A DNA stretch of 64,000 bases from Acanthaster planci. Lineage: Eukaryota. The DNA lies in assembly GCF_001949145.1 (NCBI RefSeq), contig NW_019091362.1:1123838-1187837 (forward strand), read 5' to 3'. This document shows positions 52,001 to 64,000 of this stretch, piece after piece (the first letter of the stretch is position 1; each line of letters starts with the position of its first letter). The translations under genes were made by a program, and so were the position numbers. The notes beneath the pieces were generated by a model. That model was given only the letters and a program-made list of their open reading frames with translations, had not been told where the DNA came from and ran no database searches.

Positions 52001-53710
52001 TTACAGTTTTTCTTCAAAATACGACAAAACAGACCAACTTGTTCCAGAGGAAAGATCAAATAAGTAAAGTCTTTAAAGAAATGGATGTGCCTAACATTCT
52101 TAAGTAATTCCCTTGAATCTTCCAGTTTCAGTAAAATGTAACTCTAACGGATTAAGGTTAATTGCACCAATTTGATTTGTGTACATCTTTTCTTTCATAC
52201 ACTAACATTGCCTACCACTTTGTAAGGGCTGAAAATATTATAGGAAGTTAATTCTCGGTTGACACTGGCCCTTTTCAACATCAAAGTGCAAATGTCCCAC
52301 ATACGTGTAAACTAAAAGGGGACTAGATGTGTATTTCCATGTAGTATTTGGTAATAGTGTTAATATTGAGTATTTGAAGTAATTATGTAAGAATAAAAAA
52401 CTCTGAGCAATTCTGTTGCATTTGTTCTGATATCCAGCCTGAGGTTTGCAAGCCACTGATTTCGCTCGTCCCCACCACACTTACAGGGCAACAATTTTTA
52501 CAATGCATGAAGTAGTTTTGGTGAAGTACTCAGGTGAGCACTTCTGCACTGAATATACATTCAAGATTAGGACAGCACACAGCCCACATGGCTGGCGAAT
52601 TCCATTCCCAAATAACGTGAAAGGCATTAGCCCGGGGCAAGCGAAGCTACTGGTAAGCAAAACCTGTAACCGCATGGACCCATTAATACATGTATCTTCT
52701 CACGAACACCGGTACCTCCTCATCCCACTGCCTCATGTGTGGTGCCATTTCCTGCTTGGCAAAGTCCAAAGCCACCGTCTGGAAACTTTTCTGTTCCTCA
52801 GTCAGACCTGCAGCAGCTGTTGACATTTTGTACAAATACACGCACTATTTTCTTTCAACTCACCAAATTCACACTCGATCCCAAGCATCGTACATGTATG
52901 CATTTTGGTTCATCATTCATCAACGTTGATCATGTTAATTGGTAACGTTATGCTCTGGGGATCTATGTAATGACGCTGTCTGGTTCCCAGACCAAACAGA
53001 TCCCAATTGTGTTTGGTATCGGTGAGTGATTGGGAGTTAATCACTGTGGTAAAAGAATGACCCAAATCAAAACCAAAATTTCTAAGACTTCTACAAATTG
53101 GAAATTGCCCAAATACATCAAGAGTAATGATGGGGTGAGTGATCCATACCCGCAAAAGGGGTTTCATAGAAGGGATTTTTGCTGAGTCCCCACCTTTTGA
53201 ATGGATTGCTGTGGGGCCTAGGATACGGAGGGAGTCCAGTAGACTGGCCCCCAGTCTAGGGCTAGGGAATAATTATTACGGTTCTGGAAGCATGGGAAGT
53301 AAAGTAGGGCCAACAACATTGTCCGTGGAGTAAAAGCATCACCACTTAAAATTTGGACACATGGTCAGCATCTAATATCGCGATCGCTGACCATGCCCAA
53401 ATTTTAAGAAGGGGCAACTTAAGTTGTAGGGTCCTATTCTGGCTAGGCTCTACGTGTACTTAAACTCTATAACTTATAAGCATTCACAGCATTTGTCCGT
53501 AAACTGGGCAACAGACCTATTTAGATTTCGGGTAGGGGCCTAGGCTAGCCAAAATGTTTGAAAGAATTTTCATTTTCACTTACGATCAATACTTAAACAT
53601 CTTTCTCCTAGCACGCATGTCGACAACTTTGGAAAGAAAAGTCGGCTATCGGTCCATGACTTTTGGGGCAGAGATCGAAAACACCAGCGTAAACCACTGC
53701 TAAAAGCCAT
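46040..53710 (-). CDS. ACAD8: Isobutyryl-CoA dehydrogenase, mitochondrial, 421 aa
   Basis: Exons 53710-53584, 52816-52716, 51739-51570, 50492-50306, 50109-49972, 49483-49375, 48824-48700, 47859-47707, 46569-46467 and 46092-46040 (1266 nt). Motifs [80 protein letters not shown]. Confidence 0.97.
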
Positions 53711-54753
53711 GGGTTTGGTGTTACTGTTAGTGGGGCATTAAACCACACGGTTGCGCGAAAATGTGTTTACGGATGATACATGTACAAAATGTACATGTAC
53801 AACTGTACAAGTACATGTAGAGTGCTGTACATACTGGCACTACTACTAGACGGGTTGAGCTTGCTGAGGGCGCTACGCAAATGGTACAGCCCAGTACATA
53901 AGCTGCCATAGACTTCCAAAAACCAGGAAAAATACAAGTTTCACAGTTGTTTAAGACAAATATGAAAATAAAGTTCACTTCCTCATCTTTCATTTTCCTT
54001 TCAATTTTCAGTGGCTTAATCGATGACTTTTGAAGATGTTTCTCTCCAGAGGAAATCACCCCTCAAGACAGTAATGAGGCCCATTGGGGTGCACCACTAC
54101 AAATAAATTCCCATAGACAGCAGTGATAAATCCCCNNNNNNNNNNNNNNNNNNNNNNNNNNNNNNNNNNNNNNNNNNNNNNNNNNNNNNNNNNNNNNNNN
54201 NNNNNNNNNNNNNNNNNNNNNNNNNNNNNNNNNNNNNNNNNNNNNNNNNNNNNNNNNNNNNNNNNNNNNNNNNNNNNNNNNNNNNNNNNNNNNNNNNNNN
54301 NNNNNNNNNNNNNNNNNNNNNNNNNNNNNNNNNNNNNNNNNNNNNNNNNNNNNNNNNNNNNNNNNNNNNNNNNNNNNNNNNNNNNNNNNNNNNNNNNNNN
54401 NNNNNNNNNNNNNNNNNNNNNNNNNNNNNNNNNNNNNNNNNNNNNNNNNNNNNNNNNNNNNNNNNNNNNNNNNNNNNNNNNNNNNNNNNNNNNNNNNAGA
54501 CATATTTCTGGCCTAATTACCAGGGTGCACCCATCGCCATTTTGAAAATTGATGCCTACACTCCATGCATTAGGCCTATTGCGAAATAGAGCAATTCGGG
54601 AGAGCCCAGTTTGGTCTGATACTCTCAGAAATACGAGCTGGCAGTCCTGTTGGTAGATTCCATCCTCCTTGAAGTTCTCAATGAATACTGAGGTGATGCA
54701 GATCAATTTCATTTAACTTGTGTTTGTGGCTGTGTCGAAAACCACTGAGAGGG

Positions 54754-54916
54754 CAGAGCTGCAAAGTCTCGAGCCAAGTGCCGTCGACGCGTCGGCTTGA
54801 CTCACTCGATTTTATTTGCCTGATGACTCGACCCGAGTCGCACTGCATTACAATGACTCGACTTGAGTCACTATGTTACAATAACGTAACTCGACACGCG
54901 AGTCGTTACAACTCTG
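54754..54916. mobile_element. Short hAT-like MITE (CAGAG...CTCTG) with gactcg/cgagtc subterminal repeats
   Basis: Termini cagagctgcaaag / gttacaactctg; same family as 26920-27071. The TSD is poorly preserved. Confidence 0.6.
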
Positions 54917-56042
54917 CGAAAGAGTCAAGTGCATCTCGATAGTTGAAACATCGCCAGGCCGCTGGCTGAAACCACCTGCATATGAGATAAAGAGCGTTAA
55001 TTTACCCCTAAAATATTTGCTTTACATTTCAGGTTGGCTGGAATTTTTTTACTTCGTTTTCCGGCACGATTACATGCATATACCTAAACTGTATAGGCTT
55101 TAATTTATAAACTATTCTGGCTGAAAACAATATCCGGAAAGTATCAACACACTGAACATTATAAAGCAACGAAAACAGAGAATTTGTGGCATTACTAATG
55201 CTTTAATGTCTATGACAACATATAATACTCAAGAATCACTTTTTGACAGAACATTCTCAACCAACATGCAAACCAAAACCGCCAGGAATGATGACACGAT
55301 GTAAGCACACCGCAATTGGTGATAACCCAAGTTAAATAATTGTTGCCCATTTCATTACTCCGCGCTAAGGGGGAAATTGAGCAAATTGAACGAATTATTT
55401 TTGTCATAATACATGTAGTGGCCACATCAGTAAAGGATCCGGTACTTACCAAAGAGTGGCGCTCAGAATATGAGCAGGGTGTAAGTTTTGTTCTTATCTG
55501 GGGCCAATAAGTTCTTTCTTTAATTGAACAACAAAATAGTCAAGGTTACACCCTCAGGGGAGGGCGTGCCATCTGTCAATGGGACAGGTAGCTTTGGGAA
55601 TCCCCCAAAACAGCGAAACGTACTTGACCAACCACTACTTTTTATCTGTAGAATATTTTTCGAACTATGAAATCAACTTTAATCTGAAGTCATCATTACG
55701 TCATCAGGCGTTAAATCACAAGCAATTGCACTGGGTGTTTTTAAAATTTTAGAGACAAGATCTTTTTATGGTGGAAATACCTCTAATCAGTTTAATGACT
55801 GATATGTCACGACAAACCTGACTATTCAGTACCAGATAAACACTGTCAATGTTGGCCTTTCATTTTACTTGTTCTTCCGTTTAACTACCATAAGAGATGA
55901 CTTCAAACATTTGCAGACCATTTGAGAAGTGAGGTTGTTTTATGTGTACAGTCAAACAGGTATCAACAAATTATTCTGAAAATTGGGCATTTTAAAAAAG
56001 TATTTACTCTCTTGTATCTCACAGAGATGAGGGCACTGGGAA

Positions 56043-56293
56043 CACGGACGTGTATAATAAAATCTGGACTCGCAATGCCCTTAATCAGCTTATAGAGTCA
56101 TTGAATCCACTCGCAGCCATTTCACCGAGCCGAATACAAAGCTTTCCTGGTAATGCCCGCCTTTGTTCTTCCTGACATCAATAGTAGGGAGCCAACCCAC
56201 GCCTTTGTATTCGGCTCAGTAAAATGGCCGCTGGTTGGCTTCTTTTTCATACAAAGGCGTTGCAAGTCCAGGTTTTTTTTATATACGTCCGTG
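56043..56293. mobile_element. 251-bp MITE with CACGG termini and perfect 8-bp TSD (P- or hAT-like)
   Basis: ACTGGGAA|cacggacgt...acgtccgtg|ACTGGGAA, with internal 25-bp inverted repeats. Confidence 0.92.
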
Positions 56294-58111
56294 ACTGGGA
56301 AGAGCTTGTGGCCTTGCACAGATTTTAGTGAAGGAAATGCGTCACACAGGGTCACAGCTAATGACACGCAGAGCATTGTGGGTAAATTTCTGCCAGGCAG
56401 GCGTGCCGAGCTCGCTCAATGCGTTACACAAGTGGTGGGATGTTTTTCTGTTTCTCCCTAAAAATATCCTGAAAATATTCTCACTACACTTTATTCGTTC
56501 ATCCAAAATTGATCCAGATAACCAATGATTTGAAATATATCGCCAAAAGACACGTGATCAGTCACACTTCGTGAAAAGATAAATTACCATACTGTGACTG
56601 TACCAAGACCATTTTTTTTATCATAGCTGACACTTTGCTCGTACTTACAACATACCACTTCGCTAACAGAAAGTGATAACCTTTCAGTCATAGGTCGGGC
56701 ACAATGTAGCCAATCACATTGCGAAGTCATCAGCCCTTCCCGTCCAGTGCCCGGGTGACGAACGAATTGAAATGATCTACGCTTTCCTGGAAAAATGAGG
56801 GCGCGGTTGCTGTGATGTCATCTTGGAAAGACAACGGTTCATCAGTGCAAAGGTTTTCTGTTAAAATTATGAACCCAAAATTTACTAACTGAAAACATTT
56901 CTAAGAAAGGGATTGATGCTTGCTTATTTCACTTGACTAACAGTGAATCAGCAAAGACGTGAAAATTTAGTTCAGTAAAATCTACAAGAATGCAGGACTT
57001 TTTTTGTGTACAGGCCGACGTAACATTAAAGCTTTCTTTCTAAGATGGCGTCACAGTTTTGCTCATGATTATGGTAATACTAATTAGCATAAAAACTAGA
57101 AAGGCACTAAAATACTCTGAAATAGCGAAACATAAGTTGCAAATAAGGTCAACAGGGACGTACATCGATGCATTTTGAAGGTTCATATTAAAAGAAAGTT
57201 GAAGTAATCACAATCGTACTATGTATCTGAAGCTTGACAATTCCTCGTACTAGGAGAAAACAAATAAACAAAAGTTCCATCACGATGAAATGGAAGATAT
57301 CAAAGTACATGCATTAGCAACTTATTCAAACTAAAAATTGCATGGATATCATTCGATTTAAATTAGATGTCTATTTGCCCATCTTTACATAAATTATACA
57401 TGTATTATTTCGGAATACAGTTAGTCTTATCTCCTTACATTCCCCACATCCCCATAGTCGGTAAATTTAACCCTTTGGACCATCCTGGTGTGGGAGGTGG
57501 AATTCAACCTTAGCTGCTTCACAATCGAACTCTTTGAAACTTTCATCACGCGTGCCGGCCCGCGTGCAAGGTGCACGTCAATGGAAACGGTTGACAATTT
57601 TGTCAGATCTTTGTCAGATAAACGGGCATTTTGCCAGATTGCTGAAAAACTCTTGACGGTTTCATGTTCATTAAATACATTACAACACCAGGAAATAAAA
57701 GCAAGGATGTCGGGACCGTAACTATAAGGCGTTTGGTATGTTTTTTTTCTCCCCAACATCATGTTGTATAAGCCCCGAGCTCCATTCGCTTTAAATCCCC
57801 CTCCCCGATTTCAAAGCAAGATACGTCGCTGCATGTAACCTTTAGTTCCCTTGAAAACGGTTTCTAACACGTAACTAAGTTATCCTTTAGTAGGTTATCG
57901 TGTACATTGTGTACAGCGTTGTCGTTTATGGGCGCATGCTCTCAGCTCGCTGTATTATAGCAGCCACCATAGACATGCAGGAACCTCACGATCTTGCTCC
58001 AAGAGTCCTCCGTGGCTTTAGCATTGCCGACTGTTGATCCTCCGTTCACAATAACCCCTGCATTTAAAAGAACGGGGTTCATTTTAGTGAAATGTTGACA
58101 TTTGGCTGGGG

Positions 58112-59525
58112 GTTATAATTACTTAGACAGCTTACTTGAACGTGCAAATTGAACTGCTGAGAGAGGGCACAATTTTACGAGCAACAGAGGCTTCATGGTG
58201 GGAACGGCGTCTTTCAGGTTTACAAACGACTATGAAATGCATGCGATGCGGCCCCGTCGCTAATGAACTCTTCCCACCAACATGGCTTTTTTCAACCAAT
58301 GAGGGGGTGCTTCTGCTCAAGGCAGATCACAGACATGACGATTAACCTTTGTAAGCAAAAGAAAGATCTACTATCTTTAGGACAGGTCTGGCGCAGTTTT
58401 GGGAGGAAAACGACGAGAGAAGGCTTTAGTCAACGCAGTTTTCTCCCCCCCCCCCCAAAAAAAATGATCATCACTGTGCTGGCGGTATAGCGAAAGTTAA
58501 AGAGAAAAAATGGCTCTATAAACACGCCTGAGACAGTTACACTTGAACGTAGTTTGACCCAAAAGTCCAGAAAATTGTGGGGAAATGTCAAAAAGGTGCA
58601 ATAGTTATGTTGATAAATGAGAAACGAAGGCCATCTGCCGTATGCAGGACCTTTGCAAATCAACAAAACTGTGTTAAGAAAATTTTAGACATTTTTGGAA
58701 CGAGGCACGCTGCCCAAATCGGTCACATGACAGTGGTACATTAAACGTTCTGCAAGAAGAGTATTTTAATAATGATTTTGAAATACAAAAAACNTGAATG
58801 AATGAATGAATGAATGTTATGATTACTTAGACAGCTTACTTGAACGTGCTAATTGAACTGCTGAGAGAGGGCACAATTTTACGAGCAACAGAGGCTTCAC
58901 GGTGGGAACGGCGTCTTTCAGGTTTACAAACGACTATGAAATGCATGCGATGCGGCCCCGTCGCTAATGAACTCTTCCCACCAACATGGCTTTTTTCAAC
59001 CAATGAGGGGGTGCTTCTGCTCAAGGCAGATCACAGACATGACGATTAACCTTTGTAAGCAAAAGAAAGATCTACTATCTTTAGGACAGGTCTGGCGCAC
59101 TTTTGGGAGGAAAGCGACGAGAGAAGGCTTTAGTCCACGCAGTTTTCTCCCCCCCCAAAAAAAAATGATCATCACTGTGTTGGCGGGATAGCGAAAATTA
59201 AAAGGTGACGTCACGTGCGAAGGGTCAAGCCCCCCCGAGAAAATGGCTCAAGAAACACGCTTGGGACAGTTACACTTGAACGTAGTTTGACCCAAAAGTA
59301 CAGAAAATTGTGGGAAAATGTCAAAAAGGTGCAATAGTTATGTTGATAAATGAGAAACGAAGGCCATCTGCCGTATGCAGGACCTTTGCAAATCAACAAA
59401 ACTGTGTTAAGAAAATTTTAGACATTTTTGGAACGAGGCACGCTGCCCAAATCGGTCACATGACAGTGGTACATTAAACGTTCTGCAAGAAGAGTATTTT
59501 AATAATGATTTTGAAATACAAAAAA
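58112..59525. repeat. About 700-bp tandem duplication separated by a single N and (TGAA)n
   Basis: Copy 1 at 58112-58792 and copy 2 at 58816-59525, with scattered SNPs and an about 30-bp indel. N at 58794. Confidence 0.92.
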
Positions 59526-59592
59526 TGTGTACTTCTGTGTTCTCAAAATCATTGTTCCGAGCTTAGAACTCACATGTAAAATTACGTTTTCA

Positions 59593-62500
59593 TTAACAGG
59601 ACGATATTGCCTGTGGCACAAGCACAATATTAATGGTATCCGAGAAGTGAAGAATTCCATGCCTGAACTCCCGTCCGACGTAAACATTGTAACTCTGCAC
59701 ACAAAGGCCTACATAGTTCTCTGTGGTAAAATATATTGGCTTTTCAGGGTCCTTTTAAAGAAATTTTCTTATCAATACTACAAGACTAAATGGTCTGAGC
59801 CATTTTTTTCTTGTTTCGTCAGTGAGCTCCTTAAGGTCACACACATGAAGTGCAGTGAGGAAGAAAAATATAAGCAACCAGTACAAGACAACTGTCAGAT
59901 TTCAGTGCACAATTTACCGTAGCCCGGAAGGAAAAACGTGACGACTGATGGAGCGTAAGGAACTTCAATCAGGTGACCGGCGTCGGCATAACTCAGGATC
60001 TGATAGTTGGAGCATCCATACCTCGAGAGTCTGGTTGCCGCTTCCCGTGCACCGAAGCAGCTGTCCCATACCTCATCCGCCTCTCCCGTTATAAACAGAA
60101 AGTGGCACTGCCTGGCATTTTCCAGCTGTACGTGGCCATTATAAAAAATGCATTGCTTCGTAAATTAACTGTGCTTATTTAATCCTTGGTCACATAACAC
60201 CTACGGGAGAATTCAATCTAAAATAATTTAGCTACGTTCTAGTTGGCGCCCTTTACATCATTTGACATGATATCACGGACGTATATAAAAAAAACCTGGA
60301 CTTGCAACGCCTTTGTATGAAAAAGAAGCCGACCAGCGGCCATTTTACCGAGCCGAATACAAAGCTTTCCTGGCGATGCCCGCCTTTGCTCTTCCTGACG
60401 TCAATAGAAGGGAGCCAGCCCACGCTTTTGTATTCAGCTCGGTAAAATGGCCGCTGGTTGGCTTCTTTTTCATACAAATGCGTTGCAAGTCCAGGTTTTT
60501 TTTATATACGTCCGTTGGGTTGGCTTCCTACTATTGACGTCAGGAAGAACAAAGGCGGGCATTGCCAGGAAAACTTTGCATTCAGCTCGGTAAAATGGCC
60601 GCGAGTTGATTCAATGATCTCTATAAGCTGATTAAGGGCATTGCGAGTCCAGATTTTATTATACACGTCCGTGCATGATACACCGAACACGCATTATCTA
60701 CACGACATAAATACATTATGCTGTATTCAAGTGACTGAGCCCGAGCCTGACGGAGTAGCACGGTAGGACATGTAAGCCCCTACTTCCAAACTTCGGCGCA
60801 ACACAGCCGACACAGTACCGTAAACGGATGAACAAAACCCGGCCAACTACCGATTTACAATTACTGTGCATCAATGGGGAATTTGGCTTATTATTAATAT
60901 GAAGAGTTGTGGTTGAACATTAAACGTCACAATTCAACTTTCAAAGGTTTATTTTAAATTTCACAAAAGCATAAAACAACAGTTCTACAGGTAGTCGAAG
61001 TATGACATACAAACTAACCAAAAAGGACCAAACTACACGTCACATTCAGTGGCAAACTGGGAAGGGCCCCGGGAGAGGCTTTCTTTCTTTTTCTACTTTT
61101 TGAAAACAGACACACGCAAACGAATCCTGGGTGCGTCACTGGTAGCACTTCAACTTTCAAACGTCTTACCTCAACTTTGCTTTTATGCTACTGAAAAGTA
61201 CGACGTTTGAAAACTTGAAAGACAACGTTTCGAAGTTGAAATACATTCGAAAGTTGAATCGACGTTTGAACATCAGTTGAACCACAACGTTTGAAAAGTT
61301 GAACTGGGATATCTACGGGAAAAGAAGTAATTAACTGGGAAAATCCTTGCATACACCCAAAGAAATGATTTTGTTGTTGTTGAAAAATTGCAGAATTTTT
61401 GACTGCTTATTACCTTGTATATTGCTGAATGATCACCTGTTACTTTATACATCTCTTTGTGGATACCAAATGCATCTTTAGCACCCTCAAACTTCGAAGA
61501 AGGTTTCATGATTTCGGGAGGCGCCCTTTATAAAATAAAAAATTGAACAATACAGGCTCAGATGAACAATTTTTCTAGGTACTGAAATACAAAACCCTCA
61601 CCCATTTGCAAATAAACTGAGTTTTTTTTAATGATGGAAACACTGTGAAGCGTGAACCAAAGTAAATTTAGAAGACTGCATGTACTTACTTAAAAAACGG
61701 CATCTGCTTTCCGTTCAATTTAAAGGGAAACTCAGATTGAGCGTGAAGGCCATTGATACTGATGACCGCTCTTAACTCCATGTGGGAATGAATGTGCAGT
61801 AACAAAAAGAATTGGAAGATTAATAAAATCCGTCTTTTTAATATTTCAAAGGTTTTGCCAGTACATAGTGTGGCATAGATTTATTATGTAACATTGAGTT
61901 TCAAAACTTTCTCTACATAATGCAGTGAAGAGCCGGGTTCAAGTTTTTTGATGGAAGTATCGAATGTGAAAAGGCAGAACACCAGAGGCAAGCCAAGTGT
62001 TGATAGATAATTTAAAAACGAAAAAGTCCTGTTGGATCGATACTGAATATGTATCAGATTCCTCAGAGCAGGAAACTTTCGCATGTTACACACACAAGTA
62101 GAGTGATTGCACCCACTAAGTCACGTAACCTATAGTGGGTATCAAACATCAGTAAATATACCGGTACTCCCATAGCAAAGTGTGCCATAAGTGTCATTAT
62201 CAAAAAATGAAGCCAACAGTCGGTAAGATACTGACTACAAACATGTTGAGTGCTATACCGAAAATCGGCAAAACCTAAAACACACTTTGCTAGGACGCCA
62301 TGTTCGTTGATGTTTGATGCCGGTACCCATTATAGGTACGTGACTTCGTGGGCGAAATCGCTCAACTATAATTGCTCCATTGTTTTCGCTTGGTTAGCGC
62401 GTGCAGTGGCGGCCGCATACACGCAAATTCGACATTTTTCGTACTGTTCATCTGGAGCATAAAAACTCAAAATGAAAAAGGGGTTTCCGATCCAACTACC

Positions 62501-63185
62501 CACCACTGTTAATAAATAAGGCTTTGAAGGCAAATTGCAAACGTTCAAATCCTGACGATAAATTCACGATTTTGGGAACCTGACTTACGTAACAGCTTCA
62601 GCATCATGGGGTCGTAGGAACAAAAGAAGGAGAAACGAACTGGTATGTGAAGTATAATGTCTATTTCCAGTTTGAAAAGGTCACTTTTTAAAGGATACTA
62701 AATTTACCCAAATTTGTAGCATCAAAGTTGGTTTTATTTAAAGGAAAAAACGCTTACTCAAACTAACTTGAGCCTCACGTATGAGCATGGTACCTCATAT
62801 TACATCTTGGGATAATATATTACCAGCACCCTTCTAAATGTGGCAAGTATTTCTTTAAAAGTCCCATGGGTAGTTAGATCGGATGATGGGGAGACCTTTT
62901 CAGACAAGGCCTTGTACGTCAAAGTAACGTCAATTTTTCTTCCTCAGCATTTTGGCTTCCATATATTGAATGGGATCACCATTTGTTATTTTGTGATCTC
63001 TGCTATTTTCTGTTGCTTTCCTTTTTTTGGTTTTTTTTTTTTTGGGGGGACTGCTTTTTTCACCTTACCTTTTCAGGAAAATGTGAAGCTGTAGCCAGGG
63101 CAAACTGGGCTCCAGTCGAAACACCAACCATACTGACACCTCCTGCTTTCACAAAGGGTTGATCACTCAACCAGTCGATGGCCTC
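59593..63185 (-). CDS. Acyl-CoA thioesterase / bile acid-CoA:amino acid N-acyltransferase (ACOT/BAAT) family protein; 3' part only, last exon uncertain (possible pseudogene)
   Basis: Phase-compatible exons: 63185-63069 (EAIDWLSDQPFVKAGGVSMVGVSTGAQFAL), 61775-61690 (LRAVISING...), 61525-61414, and 60125-59918 (LENARQCHFLFITGEADEVWDS...ILSYADAGHLIEVPYAP). Ser (GxSxG), Asp and His of the catalytic triad are present. Candidate last exon 59720-59593. The 5' exons were not found and presumably lie beyond the window. Confidence 0.85.
60274..60673. mobile_element. Rearranged 400-bp copy of the 56043 MITE family (internal inverted duplication)
   Basis: CACGG...CCGTG termini, flanks CATGATAT / CATGATAC. 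Contains two right arms and two cores. Confidence 0.88.
62099..62365. mobile_element. MITE with about 85-bp imperfect TIRs (TAGAG-type terminus)
   Basis: gagtgattgcacccactaagtcacgt..cctatagtgggta...tagcaaagtgtg pairs with cacactttgctag...tacccattataggtacgtgacttcgtgggcgaaatcgctc. Confidence 0.75.
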
Positions 63186-63599
63186 CTACATTTAAAATAA
63201 AATGACAGACAAAGATCCCCAAAATACCATGAACGACAAAAAGGGAAAACTTTTCTCAATTTTCAACAGCCAAGGAAAGTAACCAAAAGTTGCTTTTGGG
63301 TGGAGCGCGTATACTGTACACAGTTGCACATGTACCTATATTTGATAGCCGAAAGAGCGTGCTCTTGCTCTGCACTAGAGTATCCTCTGTGCTTAAAGAT
63401 ACGATGGACAGTTTGCCTCCTCTGATTGGTCCAAGGCCCGCCACGTCACCGGTGTTAAAAATGCACTTAAGACGGGATTTGGACACATAATAAGCAGATA
63501 AGAGTTGAAGCTATGCATGGTGGAAGTACTGAATTAGGTTAGGCTTGCGGTACCACCATGTACAAGAAAATATCTCTTTTATGAGTGTTTGGTTCTGAG

Positions 63600-64000
63600 A
63601 AGTACCGATGGTGAACACTCGACGTTCCGGACAGTATGTTCTGTTCGTCTTCAGAAGGGTGACTGGTTGCCTGGCTCTGAGGATGCTGGTTTTAAGCACT
63701 GGAGAGGATGTTGAGGGTGCACTGGAGCAGACGGAACGGCTTGCTTGATGGTGGATTTGATGGTGGATCACTGATGTGTGCCAGTGGGGCATTGGGTGTA
63801 GCGAAAGGAGGAATTAGTGACCGTGGGTATAGATGGCCCATTGGTCTGGGAGGGTAATATGGAGTACCAGATGCTGCTGGTGTGGAAGCCAACGTCTTTG
63901 GGGACTGTGTGCTCCTGTGGCCACCGCTACAGTTACGCCAGCATGGTTCAAGGAGGCACAGTGTACAACTAAGTCTGTTGACATCGTCAGCCCTGCTGAC
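63600..64000 (-). mobile_element. Possible degenerate Gypsy-type pol C-terminus inside an ACOT intron
   Basis: Frameshifted LVVHCASL/xPCW (compare VVHxxRLKP after the integrase core), then a Pro-rich stretch, then PVTLLKTNRTYCPER (compare LRRSxRxxxPPxRY). Weak motif-level resemblance only. Confidence 0.3.

Noticed and set aside
57427..57762. 111-aa ORF in a CpG-rich patch
   Set aside because: No recognisable domain, and it does not supply the missing ACOT C-terminus.
60126..60200. Upstream acceptor (cccgtag at 60201) extending the ACOT exon
   Set aside because: It introduces stops in all frames. The tacag acceptor at 60126 fits the phase-0 donor of the previous exon.

Overview
Intron-rich eukaryotic genomic DNA from a draft assembly (four N-gaps plus one single N). 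The GT-AG introns and vertebrate-like exon sizes suggest an invertebrate animal; the species cannot be determined from the sequence. I reconstructed five protein-coding genes by hand. (1) On the + strand, an E75/Rev-erb-like (NR1D-group) nuclear receptor, CDS 7065-25711, 8 coding exons, 644 aa. It ends without AF-2 helix 12, keeps the heme-ligand His, lacks the Cys-Pro heme ligand and carries a CtBP-binding PLDLS motif. Its promoter contains a textbook RevDR2 element, a RORE, E-boxes and a CRE, suggesting an autoregulated, clock-linked repressor. On the - strand: (2) RAB21 (7 exons), (3) HINT2 (5 exons), (4) ACAD8 (10 exons), and (5) a partial acyl-CoA thioesterase/BAAT-family gene that is almost invisible in the ORF track, with an intact catalytic triad but a degenerate-looking last exon. 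The non-coding DNA holds many MITEs with readable TIRs and TSDs, two tRNA-derived SINE copies, retroelement fragments, a 17-bp minisatellite, template-switch rearrangements, and a strong excess of TA-CATG-TA-type palindromes resembling Tc1/mariner excision footprints. All coordinates were read by eye; no searches were run.
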